Notes: generated by a model from the letters alone, not told the origin. DNA of 64,000 nucleotides from Kofleriaceae bacterium (GCA_965215005.1 CBDCCZ010000049.1:64001-128000); one strand, 5' to 3'. Positions 21,422-32,155 are shown, numbered from the stretch's first letter. Made by a program: numbers and translations.

Positions 21422-22804
21422 TCACGCGTTCTCGCGTGCCACCACCGGCTGAGGGCTCCGACTCTGGCGAGCTCGAACGGTGTCGCTCATCGGGTGTCGG
21501 CCACCACCGCCTCCAAAGTCCAGCTCGTAAGCATGCATGCCGTGCTCGCCGTAATCCAAGCCATCCATCTCTTCCTCCGCCGAGACCCGAAGGCCTAGAA
21601 ACCTCTTAACCAGCAAGAATACAAGCGTTGCGCAGGTAACACTGAACGCCGCATAGACTGCAATTCCGATGAGCTGCGAGCTGATCGTGTGTACCGGGTT
21701 CGTCGAAAATAGCCCCACGGCCAGGGTGCCCCAGACGCCGCAGACCAGATGAACCGAGGTCGCGCCGACTGGATCATCGATCTTGATTTTATCGAACGTG
21801 AGAACCGAGCCAACGACGAGGACGCCTGCGATGGCTCCGATCAAGATCGCGGAGAGCGGTGTCACCACGTCGGCTCCGGCCGTGATCCCCACGAGCCCCG
21901 CTAGAATCCCGTTGAGCGCCATCGACAGATCCGGCTTCCGGGAGACGAACACGTAAGCGAGCATGGCTCCCAGCCCACCTGCCGCCGCGGCCATGCAAGT
22001 CGTGACGAGCACCAGCGAAGTATTGGCGGGATCGGCAGACAACACCGAGCCACCGTTGAACCCGAACCACCCGAGCCAAAGCAAGAAGACGCCGATGGCA
22101 GCCAGCGGCATATTGCTGCCGGGAATGGGCATCACTTGCCCGTGCTTGCCGTACTTGCCACGCCGGGGACCCAGAAACAGCGCGCCGACCAGCGCCCCCC
22201 ATCCGCCGACGGAGTGGACCAGAGTCGAACCGGCGAAGTCATAGAAACCCAGCTGATCCAGCCAACCCCCGCCCCATTTCCACGATCCCGCGATCGGGTA
22301 AACGAAGGCGACGAAGACGGTGGCGATGATCATGAACGAGCCGAGCTTGATTCGCTCGGCCACCGCACCAGAGATGATGGTCGCGCAGGTGGCCGCAAAC
22401 ATCCCCTGAAACAAGAAGTCGGTGTAGTAGGTGTATCCGCCGTTGGCGTAGGTCGCGAGATTACCGTTCTCCGGCACGGCGAGACCTAGCCCGGCGAAAC
22501 CCAACACGCCGTTGAACTCCCCGGGATACATCAAGCCGAAGCCAAGCACGTAGTACGTCAAGAGCCCGATGCAGATGATGAAGGTGTTCTTGAACAGGAT
22601 GTTGACCGTGTTCTTCGCCCGAGTCAGCCCCGACTCCAGCGTCGCGAAGCCGAGGTGCATGATGAACACGAGCCCCGCACAAACCATCATCCACGCGTTG
22701 TTGGCGACGAAATGAGCCGTTGTGAGGTCGGCAGCTTCTTCGGCAAACGCGATGGAGGGAATCAGCAAAGCCGCGGCGACTGTCGACCATCCTACGATTT
22801 GCAT
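21422..22804 (-). CDS. amt: Ammonium transporter, Amt family (start probably ATG at 22804, with signal peptide)
   Basis: DFAGSTLVHSVGG, LWLGWFGFNGGS and IDDPVGATSVHLVCG motifs (twin His); multiple TM helices. Confidence 0.96.
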   Translation of the reverse strand: MQIVGWSTVAAALLIPSIAFAEEAADLTTAHFVANNAWMMVCAGLVFIMHLGFATLESGLTRAKNTVNILFKNTFIICIGLLTYYVLGFGLMYPGEFNGVLGFAGLGLAVPENGNLATYANGGYTYYTDFLFQGMFAATCATIISGAVAERIKLGSFMIIATVFVAFVYPIAGSWKWGGGWLDQLGFYDFAGSTLVHSVGGWGALVGALFLGPRRGKYGKHGQVMPIPGSNMPLAAIGVFLLWLGWFGFNGGSVLSADPANTSLVLVTTCMAAAAGGLGAMLAYVFVSRKPDLSMALNGILAGLVGITAGADVVTPLSAILIGAIAGVLVVGSVLTFDKIKIDDPVGATSVHLVCGVWGTLAVGLFSTNPVHTISSQLIGIAVYAAFSVTCATLVFLLVKRFLGLRVSAEEEMDGLDYGEHGMHAYELDFGGGGGRHPMSDTVRARQSRSPQPVVARENA

Positions 22805-22976
22805 GGTTGTTTCGATCCTCCCAAGGTGCCGGCCACTGCGGACCAGCAAGTTTGGGAGAAGACGCTAACAACCTCAGGTTTCCAGCAGATTGCTGGGCCG
22901 TTAACGTGACCGTGTCCCGCACCTCGGCGCGTCGAGACCGGCGCGATCGGTGGCTCGTTCACGCCGATACTCGTGC

Positions 22977-24218
22977 CTATAGATCGATTCGGGCGGGAAC
23001 GTAAGACGCTTGCAACCCCAGTGGCTCGACCCGCGGCAGCTCGAGCTCGCCGCGGCTATCGAGGGCGAGCAGGTGAGCAATCCTTCCGACATACGCAGCA
23101 GACGCCCTGCTCCATTCGGTGGTGGCGTCATAGGCATCAGCGAGAGCAACGTTCTTACTGTGACCATCGAACGCCTTCTCGAGGTAGGGCCGTATGCGGT
23201 TCCGCAGCTCCTGGGCGTACAGCACACGCTCCCTATCATCGAGCTCCGCTGGCAGTGGCATGGCCGCAACTGCGGCCCACAGCTCCATGTATAGATGCGA
23301 CATCTGGTATCCCGCCGCGGTGCCCCAATACGCGCTCCGATACGCCAGCGCCTCCAGATATCGATCATACGCCAGCACCGCCAGCGCCGCTTTGTGGTCG
23401 AGATCGCGCTGCAGCTGCTCGCGAGGGAATCGTAGCGGCGCCTGCAGGAACTGCCGATGCGCGATGTTGCCGAGATAGTAGTGCGCCATCGCGATGAAGT
23501 AGGGCGACTCGCTGAACAACACGCGCCGATGCAGCGCCACGGCCTGGCGCAGCTCGGTTTCCGCTGCCGCTAGCTGCCCCTGTTCGAGCAGCACGTAACC
23601 AAGCCGGGCACGCACCTCGACTCGAGTGGCAGCGTCTAAGTCATCGCGCGCGACGATGTGCCGAAGCGTTGCCTCCGCCGGTCTCCAGCGCTCGAGCTCC
23701 GCGAGCACTGCCGCTGCACGAAGATGCGCGAGCAGTGAATCGCCGCCGGTCGGCTGCTCCGCCACGACGCGTCGATACTGCTCGATGGCAACGTCGTACT
23801 GACCGAGCCCTTCGTGAGCGAGCCCGAGGTTGTATCTCGCCGCGCTCGCCCATCGAGACGTGGGAAACGCAGTGAGCAAGCTCTCGTAACGGAGTCGTGC
23901 CTCCTCGAATCGATCGGCGGAAAGCGCCGCGTTGCCCTGCTCGAAGAGCCCACGCGCATCGCTCGCTTCGATGTGTGGCTCGCCTGTGCCAGGAGCCACC
24001 GTGGCGCGCAATCGGATCGTCTCCAGATCGATCACGGAATCATCGGGCGCCGGCAGCGACGGCCGCGGTGCCCGATCCGCCGCGGCGTCTTCTACAACCG
24101 GTATCGGCGAGGCGTTGGCTGTGGTCGTGACCTTCGCAGCAGAGCGCGGCGTTGCGCACGCTGCGCCTAACGTGAGCAACGTACCCCAGGAAATGAGCAT
24201 GCGATCGAAGCGCGGCAT
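22977..24218 (-). CDS. TPR-repeat lipoprotein
   Basis: Lipobox-like LGAA-C; repeated TPR-like helices such as ARYNLGLAHEGLGQYDVAIEQYRRV and AHYYLGNI. Confidence 0.75.
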   Translation of the reverse strand: MPRFDRMLISWGTLLTLGAACATPRSAAKVTTTANASPIPVVEDAAADRAPRPSLPAPDDSVIDLETIRLRATVAPGTGEPHIEASDARGLFEQGNAALSADRFEEARLRYESLLTAFPTSRWASAARYNLGLAHEGLGQYDVAIEQYRRVVAEQPTGGDSLLAHLRAAAVLAELERWRPAEATLRHIVARDDLDAATRVEVRARLGYVLLEQGQLAAAETELRQAVALHRRVLFSESPYFIAMAHYYLGNIAHRQFLQAPLRFPREQLQRDLDHKAALAVLAYDRYLEALAYRSAYWGTAAGYQMSHLYMELWAAVAAMPLPAELDDRERVLYAQELRNRIRPYLEKAFDGHSKNVALADAYDATTEWSRASAAYVGRIAHLLALDSRGELELPRVEPLGLQASYVPARIDL

Positions 24219-24815
24219 CGAGGATGAGACGCATCGGCCGGCCAAACGTTCTGCGCCGCGAGCGCCCGCTCGTCAACTGTAGCAGCTGCGCCTGCCCAGG
24301 TCCGCCATTGCTTGCACGCGGCCTTTCCCGGCGACGGCATCGCGCCACGCTCGTCGCCATACGCGGAGGCGTGCGCTTCGCATCAGCGCGTCGCAGTGGA
24401 ACGAGGCGAGCGCTCGCGACTCTTGCTGAACACGTCGACGTGGGTGCCAGTCGAAACAGGCGCCGACAACGCAGCGATGCAGTCACCGCCACTGCATCCC
24501 GCACGTCCGCTTGATGTTCGTATCGCGCACGTCACCAGTTGTTGTGTGTGTGTGCAACGCCGCCGACGACTGCCATCATCGTCGTGACAGCCGATCGCAA
24601 CGGCGGCGAAGTGACGCCGCGATATCGATCGCTCGCGCAATTTTGGCGTGGCTCGAACTTCAGCCCCTGCTCGATCAGCATCGAGGTATCGCGATGACCA
24701 CCACCGCGAGAGCGTCGCGGTCGCAACCTTCGCGATCGATAACGCGCGCAATGATGCGAGTTTTGCTTGACGAAAAGGGTGTCACACCGCTTTGTTAGTT
24801 AAGAGACACCCGCAC

Positions 24816-27359
24816 ATGAAGGTCGCATTCACTCACAACCTACGGCTCACCGATTCCGAACAAGAAGCCGAGTTCGATACGGCGGAAACGGTAGACGCCA
24901 TCGCCGCAGCCATCGAGTCGTCTGGTCACGAGGTGGAGAAGATTGAGGTCTCAGGGCCCGCCTCGAACTTGCTCGAGCGCCTCGAGCAACTCGACCCGGA
25001 CATCATCTTCAACACCGCCGAAGGCAGCGGCGGCCGCATGCGAGAGGCGTTCTATCCCGCGTTGTTTGCGGAGCTCGGAGTGCCCTACACGGGCTCGGAC
25101 GCCTACACCAACGCCCTCACCTTGGATAAGTGGCTGACCAAGTTGGTCGTGACCAGCCGCGGCGTCGACACCCCTCGGGCCTGCTTGGTGACCTCCGACT
25201 CGCTCGATCAAGTGATGGAGCGCGGTGTGGGCCTGGCGTTCCCAGTCATCGTCAAACCCAACTACGAAGGCTCGTCGAAAGGCATCGCCGATGATTCGGT
25301 GGTCCATCAGCCACTGCAGCTGCTCGCGGTCTTGAAGAGCGCGTTGCGCGCGTATCCCGACGGGGTCCTGGTCGAAGAATATATCGATGGGATCGACGTG
25401 GCGGTGGGCTACATCGATGGTGTCGGTCACGACGGTGGTCTGCTCATGCCGGTCGAGCGCATCGTCGATCCCAGCGCCGGAGGCGTGAGCATCTACGACT
25501 ATCGGTTGAAGAATCTGGAACCGGGCGAGGTCCAGTTTCGCTGTCCAGCCGTGATTCCTCGAGATGTCGCAGCGCGTCTTCGGCAAGTCTCGCACGATGT
25601 GCTGCGCACCCTCGGCTTGCGCGATTTGGCTCGCATCGACTTTCGCGTGGCCGATGATGGTCGCTTCTATCTGCTCGAGGTCAACGCCCTCCCGGCGCTC
25701 GATCAGCGCTCTTCCGTGTTCGCCGCGACCTCGCAGCTCGGCCTCACTTACAATGGGACCATCGCGGCCATCCTCAACGCAGCTGCGTTGCGCGCCGAAG
25801 TTGCAAGTCCGCGTGAGCTCGGCCTGAGACGGCGGCGGCGACAGGGCCAACCCATTCGCGTCGGCTTCACTTACAACGTGAAACGCGACCGTCCGGAAGC
25901 CGAGAGCGATGAGCAAGCGGAGTGGGATCCACCGGAGACCATCATTGCGATCGCCAACGCGCTCGCGCGCCAGGGACATATCGTCGTGCATCTCGAGGCC
26001 ACGCCAGACTTGCCGCGGGTTTTGGCCGAGGCCGATGTCGACCTCATCTTCAACATTGCCGAAGGTGTCGAAGGGCGGAATCGCGAAGCCCAGGTTCCCG
26101 CGCTGTGCGAGTTGCTCGGCATTCCCTACACCGGCTCCGATAGCGCAACCCTGGCGATCGCCCTCGACAAGGCGCTGTGCAAGAAGGTGCTGATGCAGCA
26201 CGACATCCTCACGCCCAAGTTCCAGGTAATGGAATCGGGGCGTGAGCGGCTGTCTTCCGATTTAGCGTTTCCGTTGATCGTCAAGCCGAATGCCGAGGGC
26301 TCATCGAAAGGCATCGGCTCGACCAACGTCGTCGACAATGAAGAAGAGCTGCGGGCGGCAGTCCGTAGCGTTCTCGATCGCTATCGGCAGCCAGCGATCA
26401 TCGAAGAGTACATCTCCGGGCGCGAGTTCACGGTGGGTCTGCTGGGCAACAAGCGGCCTCGGGTTCTTCCTCCGATGGAGATACGTTTCAAGGATCCCAC
26501 CATCGAGCGGCCAGTGTACGACTACGTGGTCAAGCAAGACTGGGAGCAGCACGTTTGGTACGAGTGTCCCGCCAAGCTTAGTGAAGCGGCGCTCAAGTCG
26601 GTCGAGAAGGTCGCGAGGGCTACGTTCTGGGCGCTCGACTGTCGCGACTTTGCGCGCGTCGACCTGCGGATGGACCATGGCGGCAACATCTACGTCATCG
26701 AGGTCAATCCGCTGCCGGGCCTCACGCCGGACTATTCGGATCTGGTGCTTATCGCCAAGGCCACCGGAATGGACTACGACCAGTTGCTCGCCGAGATCAT
26801 GATCGGCGGGTTGCGCCGGCTCCGCGACAAACGCCGCGAAGAAGAGCGCGAGGCAAAATCCATGGCCTCCAAGTTCAAGAGCGGACAAGCAGGCTCCAGC
26901 TCGCAGACCGAAGATGCCACTGCAAAGATGGTGAAGGCGGCGGAGAAAGCCGAAAAAGCCGCGGAAAAAGCCGAGAAAGCCGCGCGTAAGATCGCCAAGC
27001 TGGCGCGCAAACGCACTCCGACGCCGCGCCCAACCCATGGGCGCAAAGGCATTGCCACCGCCAGCGCCCGCTCGCTCACGCGGGGAAATAGTGAGGTATT
27101 GCCAGCCGCGAACAGCAATGCCGAGGGGCTCCCGAGCGAGGCGGAGAACGCCATCGCCGTGGACACCGGCGAGCGCGGAGCAGTCTCGAACGAGGAAGAA
27201 GTGGGCGTGCCGGCAGAGGCAGCAGCGTCAGATGCGCTCGAGGCGGGTTGCGACGCAGCAAGCGATCAATGCAGCGACGTGGAGACGCATCGCGGCTCTG
27301 GCGCGCACGCGAGCACCGGCCCCATCGTCGGCGCCGAAGTACCTCACACCACTCACTGA
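24816..27359 (+). CDS. Fused tandem D-Ala-D-Ala-ligase-like ATP-grasp protein with low-complexity C-terminal tail
   Basis: Two full ATP-grasp units, each with IFNxAEG, PYTGSD, LDK, P-IVKPNxEGSSKGI, EEYIxG, ARxDxR and EVNxLP motifs. Confidence 0.88.
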   Translation: MKVAFTHNLRLTDSEQEAEFDTAETVDAIAAAIESSGHEVEKIEVSGPASNLLERLEQLDPDIIFNTAEGSGGRMREAFYPALFAELGVPYTGSDAYTNALTLDKWLTKLVVTSRGVDTPRACLVTSDSLDQVMERGVGLAFPVIVKPNYEGSSKGIADDSVVHQPLQLLAVLKSALRAYPDGVLVEEYIDGIDVAVGYIDGVGHDGGLLMPVERIVDPSAGGVSIYDYRLKNLEPGEVQFRCPAVIPRDVAARLRQVSHDVLRTLGLRDLARIDFRVADDGRFYLLEVNALPALDQRSSVFAATSQLGLTYNGTIAAILNAAALRAEVASPRELGLRRRRRQGQPIRVGFTYNVKRDRPEAESDEQAEWDPPETIIAIANALARQGHIVVHLEATPDLPRVLAEADVDLIFNIAEGVEGRNREAQVPALCELLGIPYTGSDSATLAIALDKALCKKVLMQHDILTPKFQVMESGRERLSSDLAFPLIVKPNAEGSSKGIGSTNVVDNEEELRAAVRSVLDRYRQPAIIEEYISGREFTVGLLGNKRPRVLPPMEIRFKDPTIERPVYDYVVKQDWEQHVWYECPAKLSEAALKSVEKVARATFWALDCRDFARVDLRMDHGGNIYVIEVNPLPGLTPDYSDLVLIAKATGMDYDQLLAEIMIGGLRRLRDKRREEEREAKSMASKFKSGQAGSSSQTEDATAKMVKAAEKAEKAAEKAEKAARKIAKLARKRTPTPRPTHGRKGIATASARSLTRGNSEVLPAANSNAEGLPSEAENAIAVDTGERGAVSNEEEVGVPAEAAASDALEAGCDAASDQCSDVETHRGSGAHASTGPIVGAEVPHTTH

Positions 27360-27393
27360 CCGACGTCGCGCCGGCCTGGGCTAGAGTTGGCGG

Positions 27394-28893
27394 GTGAAAG
27401 TCGGCACGCGCATCACCGCGGCCACGTCGGCATTGGTCGTCGTTACGCTCGGAATTTACGTCTTCCTCGATCTTCGCTCGGCGGCCGCCGAGCGGCGGGT
27501 CGTGGTCGAGCGCCAAGCTCGAGAGGTAGCTGTAACGCTGCGCGCGGGGCTCGAGGCGCGCGGTGTCGAAGTGGCCTTGCAAAGCGCCGAGGAGCTCGGG
27601 CGGCAGATCACCCGCGCCGGCACTCCCTGGCGCGTAGCCCTGTTATCGCGCGGTCTGCTCAAAGAGCCCGCCGAGCCGAGCCGCCGAGCGCAGCTAAAAC
27701 GACTGAAGACAGTCATCGACGTACCTGAGCTTCACCTCGCATCGCAGGACGGCGACACGTTCATCTATACAGTGGCGCTGCGCGTTCCCTCGCTGTCTTC
27801 CCCAGACGGCTTCAGCGTCGCCGGAGCGCTCGAGCTCACCCGCTCCGTCGGCTTCCTCAAGCAGGCCTTGCGGAGTGACCTCTATCAAACACTGACGATC
27901 CTCGCGGTGATGCTCATACTCACAGTCTTGGCCGTTACCTGGCTCACCCGCACCCTCATGACCGCGCCGGTCGAGAAGCTTTTGGCAGGAATCGACGACG
28001 TTGCGCAAGGAGATCTATCCCGCGTTCTATTATCGGAGCGCGATGATGAGATCGGCGCGTTGGCCACGCGGTTCAACGAGATGACGTTTTCCTTGCGCGA
28101 GTCTCGCGCCGAGACCCAGCGACAAAACGAGGCCAAGCTCAAGCTCGAGCAGCGACTGGCGCAAACCGAGAAGCTGGCTACCATCGGCCAGCTCGCCGCC
28201 GAGCTCGCGCACGAGGTAGGAACCCCTCTCAACGTCATTGCAGTACGAGCCAGCTCGCTCAAGAAGAAGAGTCGCGACCCTGAAGCAGTCTCTAAGAACG
28301 CCCGCATCATTGCCGAGCAGTCCGCCCGTATCACTCGCATCATCCAGCGCCTGCTCGACTTCACTCGCCGCAAAGTCGGCGTACTTGAGCAGAATCCGGT
28401 GCAGCTTAACGAGGTCACACTCTCGACGATGGAGCTACTCGAGGCGCAATTCACCGCGAGCAGCATTAAGTCGACCCTCGCCCGCGCCGAGGGACTTCCG
28501 CCGATCCCCGGCGATGCCGACCGCCTGCAACAGGTGCTCCTCAACCTGATACTCAACGCGGTCCAAGCGATGCCCGCTGGCGGTACACTGCGCGTGGAGA
28601 CCGCGGAGGTCCACCGACGACGACCAGGACTCGACAAAGCGCCGGAGCAGACCTGCGTGGTCGTCGAGGTTGCTGACACCGGCGTTGGCATTCCGGCGGA
28701 ACATCGCGACAAGATCTTCGAGCCGTTTTACACCTCCAAGAGCGAGACCGGAGGCACGGGTCTTGGCCTCTCGGTGTGCTTCGGGATCGTCAAGGAGCAC
28801 GATGGCTGGATCGAGCTCAGCGATGTTCCTGGCGGCGGCACCGCGTTTCGCGTCTACCTGCCGACGAGCGAGGCAAAGAGCGACAAAGCCTGA
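27394..28893 (+). CDS. Membrane sensor histidine kinase (HAMP-HisKA-HATPase)
   Basis: Two TM segments, HAMP motif DEIGALATRFNEM, H-box LAHEVGTPL, N-box NLILNAVQA, G-boxes DTGVGI and GTGLGL. Confidence 0.95.
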   Translation: MKVGTRITAATSALVVVTLGIYVFLDLRSAAAERRVVVERQAREVAVTLRAGLEARGVEVALQSAEELGRQITRAGTPWRVALLSRGLLKEPAEPSRRAQLKRLKTVIDVPELHLASQDGDTFIYTVALRVPSLSSPDGFSVAGALELTRSVGFLKQALRSDLYQTLTILAVMLILTVLAVTWLTRTLMTAPVEKLLAGIDDVAQGDLSRVLLSERDDEIGALATRFNEMTFSLRESRAETQRQNEAKLKLEQRLAQTEKLATIGQLAAELAHEVGTPLNVIAVRASSLKKKSRDPEAVSKNARIIAEQSARITRIIQRLLDFTRRKVGVLEQNPVQLNEVTLSTMELLEAQFTASSIKSTLARAEGLPPIPGDADRLQQVLLNLILNAVQAMPAGGTLRVETAEVHRRRPGLDKAPEQTCVVVEVADTGVGIPAEHRDKIFEPFYTSKSETGGTGLGLSVCFGIVKEHDGWIELSDVPGGGTAFRVYLPTSEAKSDKA

Positions 28894-28905
28894 TAGGTTT
28901 TCGCT

Positions 28906-30309
28906 GTGTCCGAGACCGAGGCCCTCGACCGCCAGCAACGACAGCGCGCGTTCATTCTCGTCGTCGAAGATGACGACGCGATGCGCGAGCTGTTGGTAGA
29001 GGAGCTCGGCGAGGCAGGATATCGCGTGACTTCGGCCGCGGGCGGTCGCGCCGGCATCGAAGCCGCTCGCGCTGAGCCAGTCGATCTGGTGATTACCGAT
29101 CTGCGGATGCCGGATCTCGACGGCTTCGACCTAATCCGCGATCTCAAGGCGGCACCTGGCTCGCCACACATCATCATGGTCACCGCCTTTGGCTCCATCG
29201 AGACCGCCATCAAGGCGGTGAAGCTTGGAGCCTACGACTACATCACCAAGCCCTTCGAGCTCGAAGAGCTCGTGCTAGCCGCCGACAAAGCCCTCGGCGA
29301 GCGCAAGCTCCGCGCCAAGGTAGAGCAGCTTCAACGGGAGATCGAGAACAAGTACGAGTTCACCAACATCGTTGCTCGCAGCGAAGGCATGCAGGAGGTG
29401 CTGTCGCTGGTTTCCCGCATCGCCGGCTCGACCGCATCGGTGCTGGTTACCGGCGAGAGTGGCACTGGAAAAGAGCTAATCGCCCGCGCCATTCACTACA
29501 ATTCACCGCGCGCCGACGCCGACTTCGTTGCCGTCAATCTTGCGGCCGTGCCCGAGTCCCTCATCGAAAGCGAGCTCTTCGGTCATAAGAAAGGCGCCTT
29601 CACCGACGCTCGTGCCGACCGCATCGGCCTCTTTGAAGAAGCCGATGGCGGCACCATCTTCCTCGACGAGATCGGTGAGCTCGCCTTGCCGCTGCAGGCC
29701 AAGCTACTGCGCGTGTTGCAAGAGCACGAGATACGCGCGCTCGGTTCGACCCACACGCGAAAAGTGGACGTACGGGTCATAGCCGCCACCAACCGCGATC
29801 TGGAGGAGATGATGAGCGGCAACCAGTTCCGCGAGGATCTCTACTATCGCCTCAACGTCATCCAGATCGATCTGCCACCGTTGCGCCAGCGGCCCGACGA
29901 TATCTTGCCGCTCGTCGGATATTTTCTGACCAGCGCCGGTGCCAAGCAGAGCCCATCGCGCACGTTTCATCTGGCCGCCGATGCGCAGCGCGTGCTGCTT
30001 GCCTACCCATGGCCTGGCAACGTCCGCGAGCTGCAAAACGTCATCGAGCGCGGCGTCGCGCTCTGTCAGGATGCAGAGATACGTGTCGATGATCTGCCCA
30101 ATCACGTGCGTGAGCGGAAGGATTCGGACTTTCTCGCCGCCGCCCTCGCCCGCCGCCTCAACCTCTCCGAGCTCGAACGCGAGTACATCGAGCGGGTTCT
30201 AGAAGACGAAGGCGGCAACAAGACCCGTGCCGCACAACGCCTCGGCCTCGACCGCAAGACGCTGTATCGCAAGCTCGAGGAGTACGCCAAGGCCGACGGT
30301 CGAAAATAG
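28906..30309 (+). CDS. Sigma54-dependent response regulator (NtrC/AtoC type)
   Basis: REC domain (DLRMP, KPF), [20 protein letters not shown] and WPGNVREL motifs, Fis-type HTH. Confidence 0.96.
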   Translation: MSETEALDRQQRQRAFILVVEDDDAMRELLVEELGEAGYRVTSAAGGRAGIEAARAEPVDLVITDLRMPDLDGFDLIRDLKAAPGSPHIIMVTAFGSIETAIKAVKLGAYDYITKPFELEELVLAADKALGERKLRAKVEQLQREIENKYEFTNIVARSEGMQEVLSLVSRIAGSTASVLVTGESGTGKELIARAIHYNSPRADADFVAVNLAAVPESLIESELFGHKKGAFTDARADRIGLFEEADGGTIFLDEIGELALPLQAKLLRVLQEHEIRALGSTHTRKVDVRVIAATNRDLEEMMSGNQFREDLYYRLNVIQIDLPPLRQRPDDILPLVGYFLTSAGAKQSPSRTFHLAADAQRVLLAYPWPGNVRELQNVIERGVALCQDAEIRVDDLPNHVRERKDSDFLAAALARRLNLSELEREYIERVLEDEGGNKTRAAQRLGLDRKTLYRKLEEYAKADGRK

Positions 30310-30314
30310 CCGGC

Positions 30315-31016
30315 TCAGCGCGCGGCAGGCAACGCGGTGAGCAGCCAGTCACGCAGCCGGCGCAGTCCCAACTCTGTCTTGGCGTCTTCGATGTCGCCGC
30401 GCATGCACCTCTGGATCGCATCTTCGAGCATCAGCCACTCGGTGCTCGCACCCTCCTCGAGCGGCGAGCCATCGCCCCCGAGGGCTTGCTGCACCGCGTC
30501 CGCCTGCACCTCGACCTGAGCGAGCCAAAACTTCTCCGGCATCGAGCCCGGCGTGGGGAACACCGGTCCACCGAGCAGCTCGACCGCGCTGTCGGCCACC
30601 CGATAGCCCGCTTCTTCGAAGACCTCAGCGGCAGCGCGACGGCAAATTCCTTCCTCGCCGTCATCGCCTGCCTCGAGGATTCCGGCGACCAACTCCGTGA
30701 CGAATAAATAATCGCGGCGGTCGGGCAGCGGCAGCTCCGACGGCTGGCGACCTAGTTTGGCGGCTGGCCGCAGCCCATACCGCACCAGCACCTCGACCTC
30801 GTCACCAACCCGGCGCCACACCACCACTACCACCGCATCGAGTCCCACCGGACGCACCACGAAGTCGACCAAGAACCGATCGGATAGGCTCCCGTCGGCG
30901 CGGCGATTGCGCATGCGCAATCTGCGAAGGCTCAAGAAGCCACCGCCTCCCACCAGCTCATCGCTCTCGATCTCGTAGCCAACGACCTCAACGGCTTGCG
31001 GCGCGCGCGTGCTCAT
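30315..31016 (-). CDS. Nudix hydrolase family protein
   Basis: Nudix-box-like AGILE...AAAEVFEEAGY, plus PTPG and IEDAKT motifs resembling ADP-ribose pyrophosphatases. Confidence 0.75.
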   Translation of the reverse strand: MSTRAPQAVEVVGYEIESDELVGGGGFLSLRRLRMRNRRADGSLSDRFLVDFVVRPVGLDAVVVVVWRRVGDEVEVLVRYGLRPAAKLGRQPSELPLPDRRDYLFVTELVAGILEAGDDGEEGICRRAAAEVFEEAGYRVADSAVELLGGPVFPTPGSMPEKFWLAQVEVQADAVQQALGGDGSPLEEGASTEWLMLEDAIQRCMRGDIEDAKTELGLRRLRDWLLTALPAAR

Positions 31017-31044
31017 CCGCTCATCCTACGCCCCGCCACGTCGA

Positions 31045-32109
31045 TCAGCCAGGCAGCTCGCGCAGCGCCTCCGCCACCTCTCGCTGCAGCGCGCGCTCAT
31101 CCTCGGTCGAAAGTGCATCGCCAGCGGAGAACATGCCGAAGAAGAGCATTTCACTCAAGCCGAGCTGGATCATTGTCAGCGGTCGATCGGCGTGCAGTGC
31201 TGATACATTCGCCATCAGCGCCATGGTATCGACCGTGCCGTCTTCGGACATGGTGACGTTTTCGAACAGCGCGCGGTACGGCAGACTATCGCGCAAGTAA
31301 GTCAATAGCTCCTGCCGCAGCGATGCTTGCGCCTCGGGCGGCAACGCCGCAAACAATCGCCGCAGCGCTTCGCTGTACGTGTCGACGATTTGCGCCGCTG
31401 CCTCAAACGTTAGGTCGCGCTCATCCACCGGATGCGGTCGACTGAGCTCCGCGGGGGCCTTGGCCTCTTCATCGATGCGACGCATGCTGTCGAGGAGCAA
31501 CCCCGCGACATCGAGCCGCAACATCGCGGGCACCGCCGCCATGTCGAGTGGAGCCACCAGATGGAACGTGCCGCGTGCGACGCGAACCGCCGACAAGAAG
31601 ATGTCTTCGGCTTGCGCGCGCAGCGCGTCATAGACTTGCGACGTCGACAGACGACCCGCTTTGACCAGCGCTCGCCCGAGGCGCTCCGGGCTGCTGCGAT
31701 GCTGCTCGACTACGTGCTCACAGACCGCCGCCGAGAGCAGACCGCGCGCCACGAGAATCGCGCCGAGGCGATGGCTCACGTTGGTCGACGTGCCCGAGAG
31801 ATACACGCCCGATCGCAAGAACAGCACCCGCTCGTGGCCATCGCCTGACACCGTGAGAGCACCATCCCATCGCGCCATGTGGATGAGGTTTAGGATGCTT
31901 GGCACCACCATCGTGTCTTCGAAGGCGCCGGCCAAGCGAATCAGCCTGCGGTCCGTGGAAACGCGATTCTCACGAACCAGCACCATCATCTCGCCCACGT
32001 GCGGGACCAGCTGCCAGGCGCCCGCGGCTGCTGCCAGCGCTTTGGCAGCCTCGACGTCCGGTGCAACCTGCCCACCAGAATCGATATCGATGCGTAGCTC
32101 TCGCTTCAA
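31045..32109 (-). CDS. DUF4388/PatA-N-like domain protein (start uncertain: TTG at 32109 or ATG at 32157)
   Basis: ILNLIHMARWDGALTV...LFLRSG, repeated RLGAILV/RLGRALV and GTFHL segments typical of myxobacterial DUF4388 proteins. Confidence 0.7.
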   Translation of the reverse strand: MKRELRIDIDSGGQVAPDVEAAKALAAAAGAWQLVPHVGEMMVLVRENRVSTDRRLIRLAGAFEDTMVVPSILNLIHMARWDGALTVSGDGHERVLFLRSGVYLSGTSTNVSHRLGAILVARGLLSAAVCEHVVEQHRSSPERLGRALVKAGRLSTSQVYDALRAQAEDIFLSAVRVARGTFHLVAPLDMAAVPAMLRLDVAGLLLDSMRRIDEEAKAPAELSRPHPVDERDLTFEAAAQIVDTYSEALRRLFAALPPEAQASLRQELLTYLRDSLPYRALFENVTMSEDGTVDTMALMANVSALHADRPLTMIQLGLSEMLFFGMFSAGDALSTEDERALQREVAEALRELPG

Positions 32110-32155
32110 GCTCGGCCCCCTGCCGCGATTATACGCGTTGCGGTAGGGTTGCTTC

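Noticed and set aside
22805..22976. Sigma54 promoter upstream of amt
   Set aside because: The candidate GG/GC pairs do not have the required 10-nt spacing.
24538..24555. Short (TG)n run in the intergenic region upstream of the ATP-grasp gene
   Set aside because: It is too short and too far from any start codon to support phase variation.
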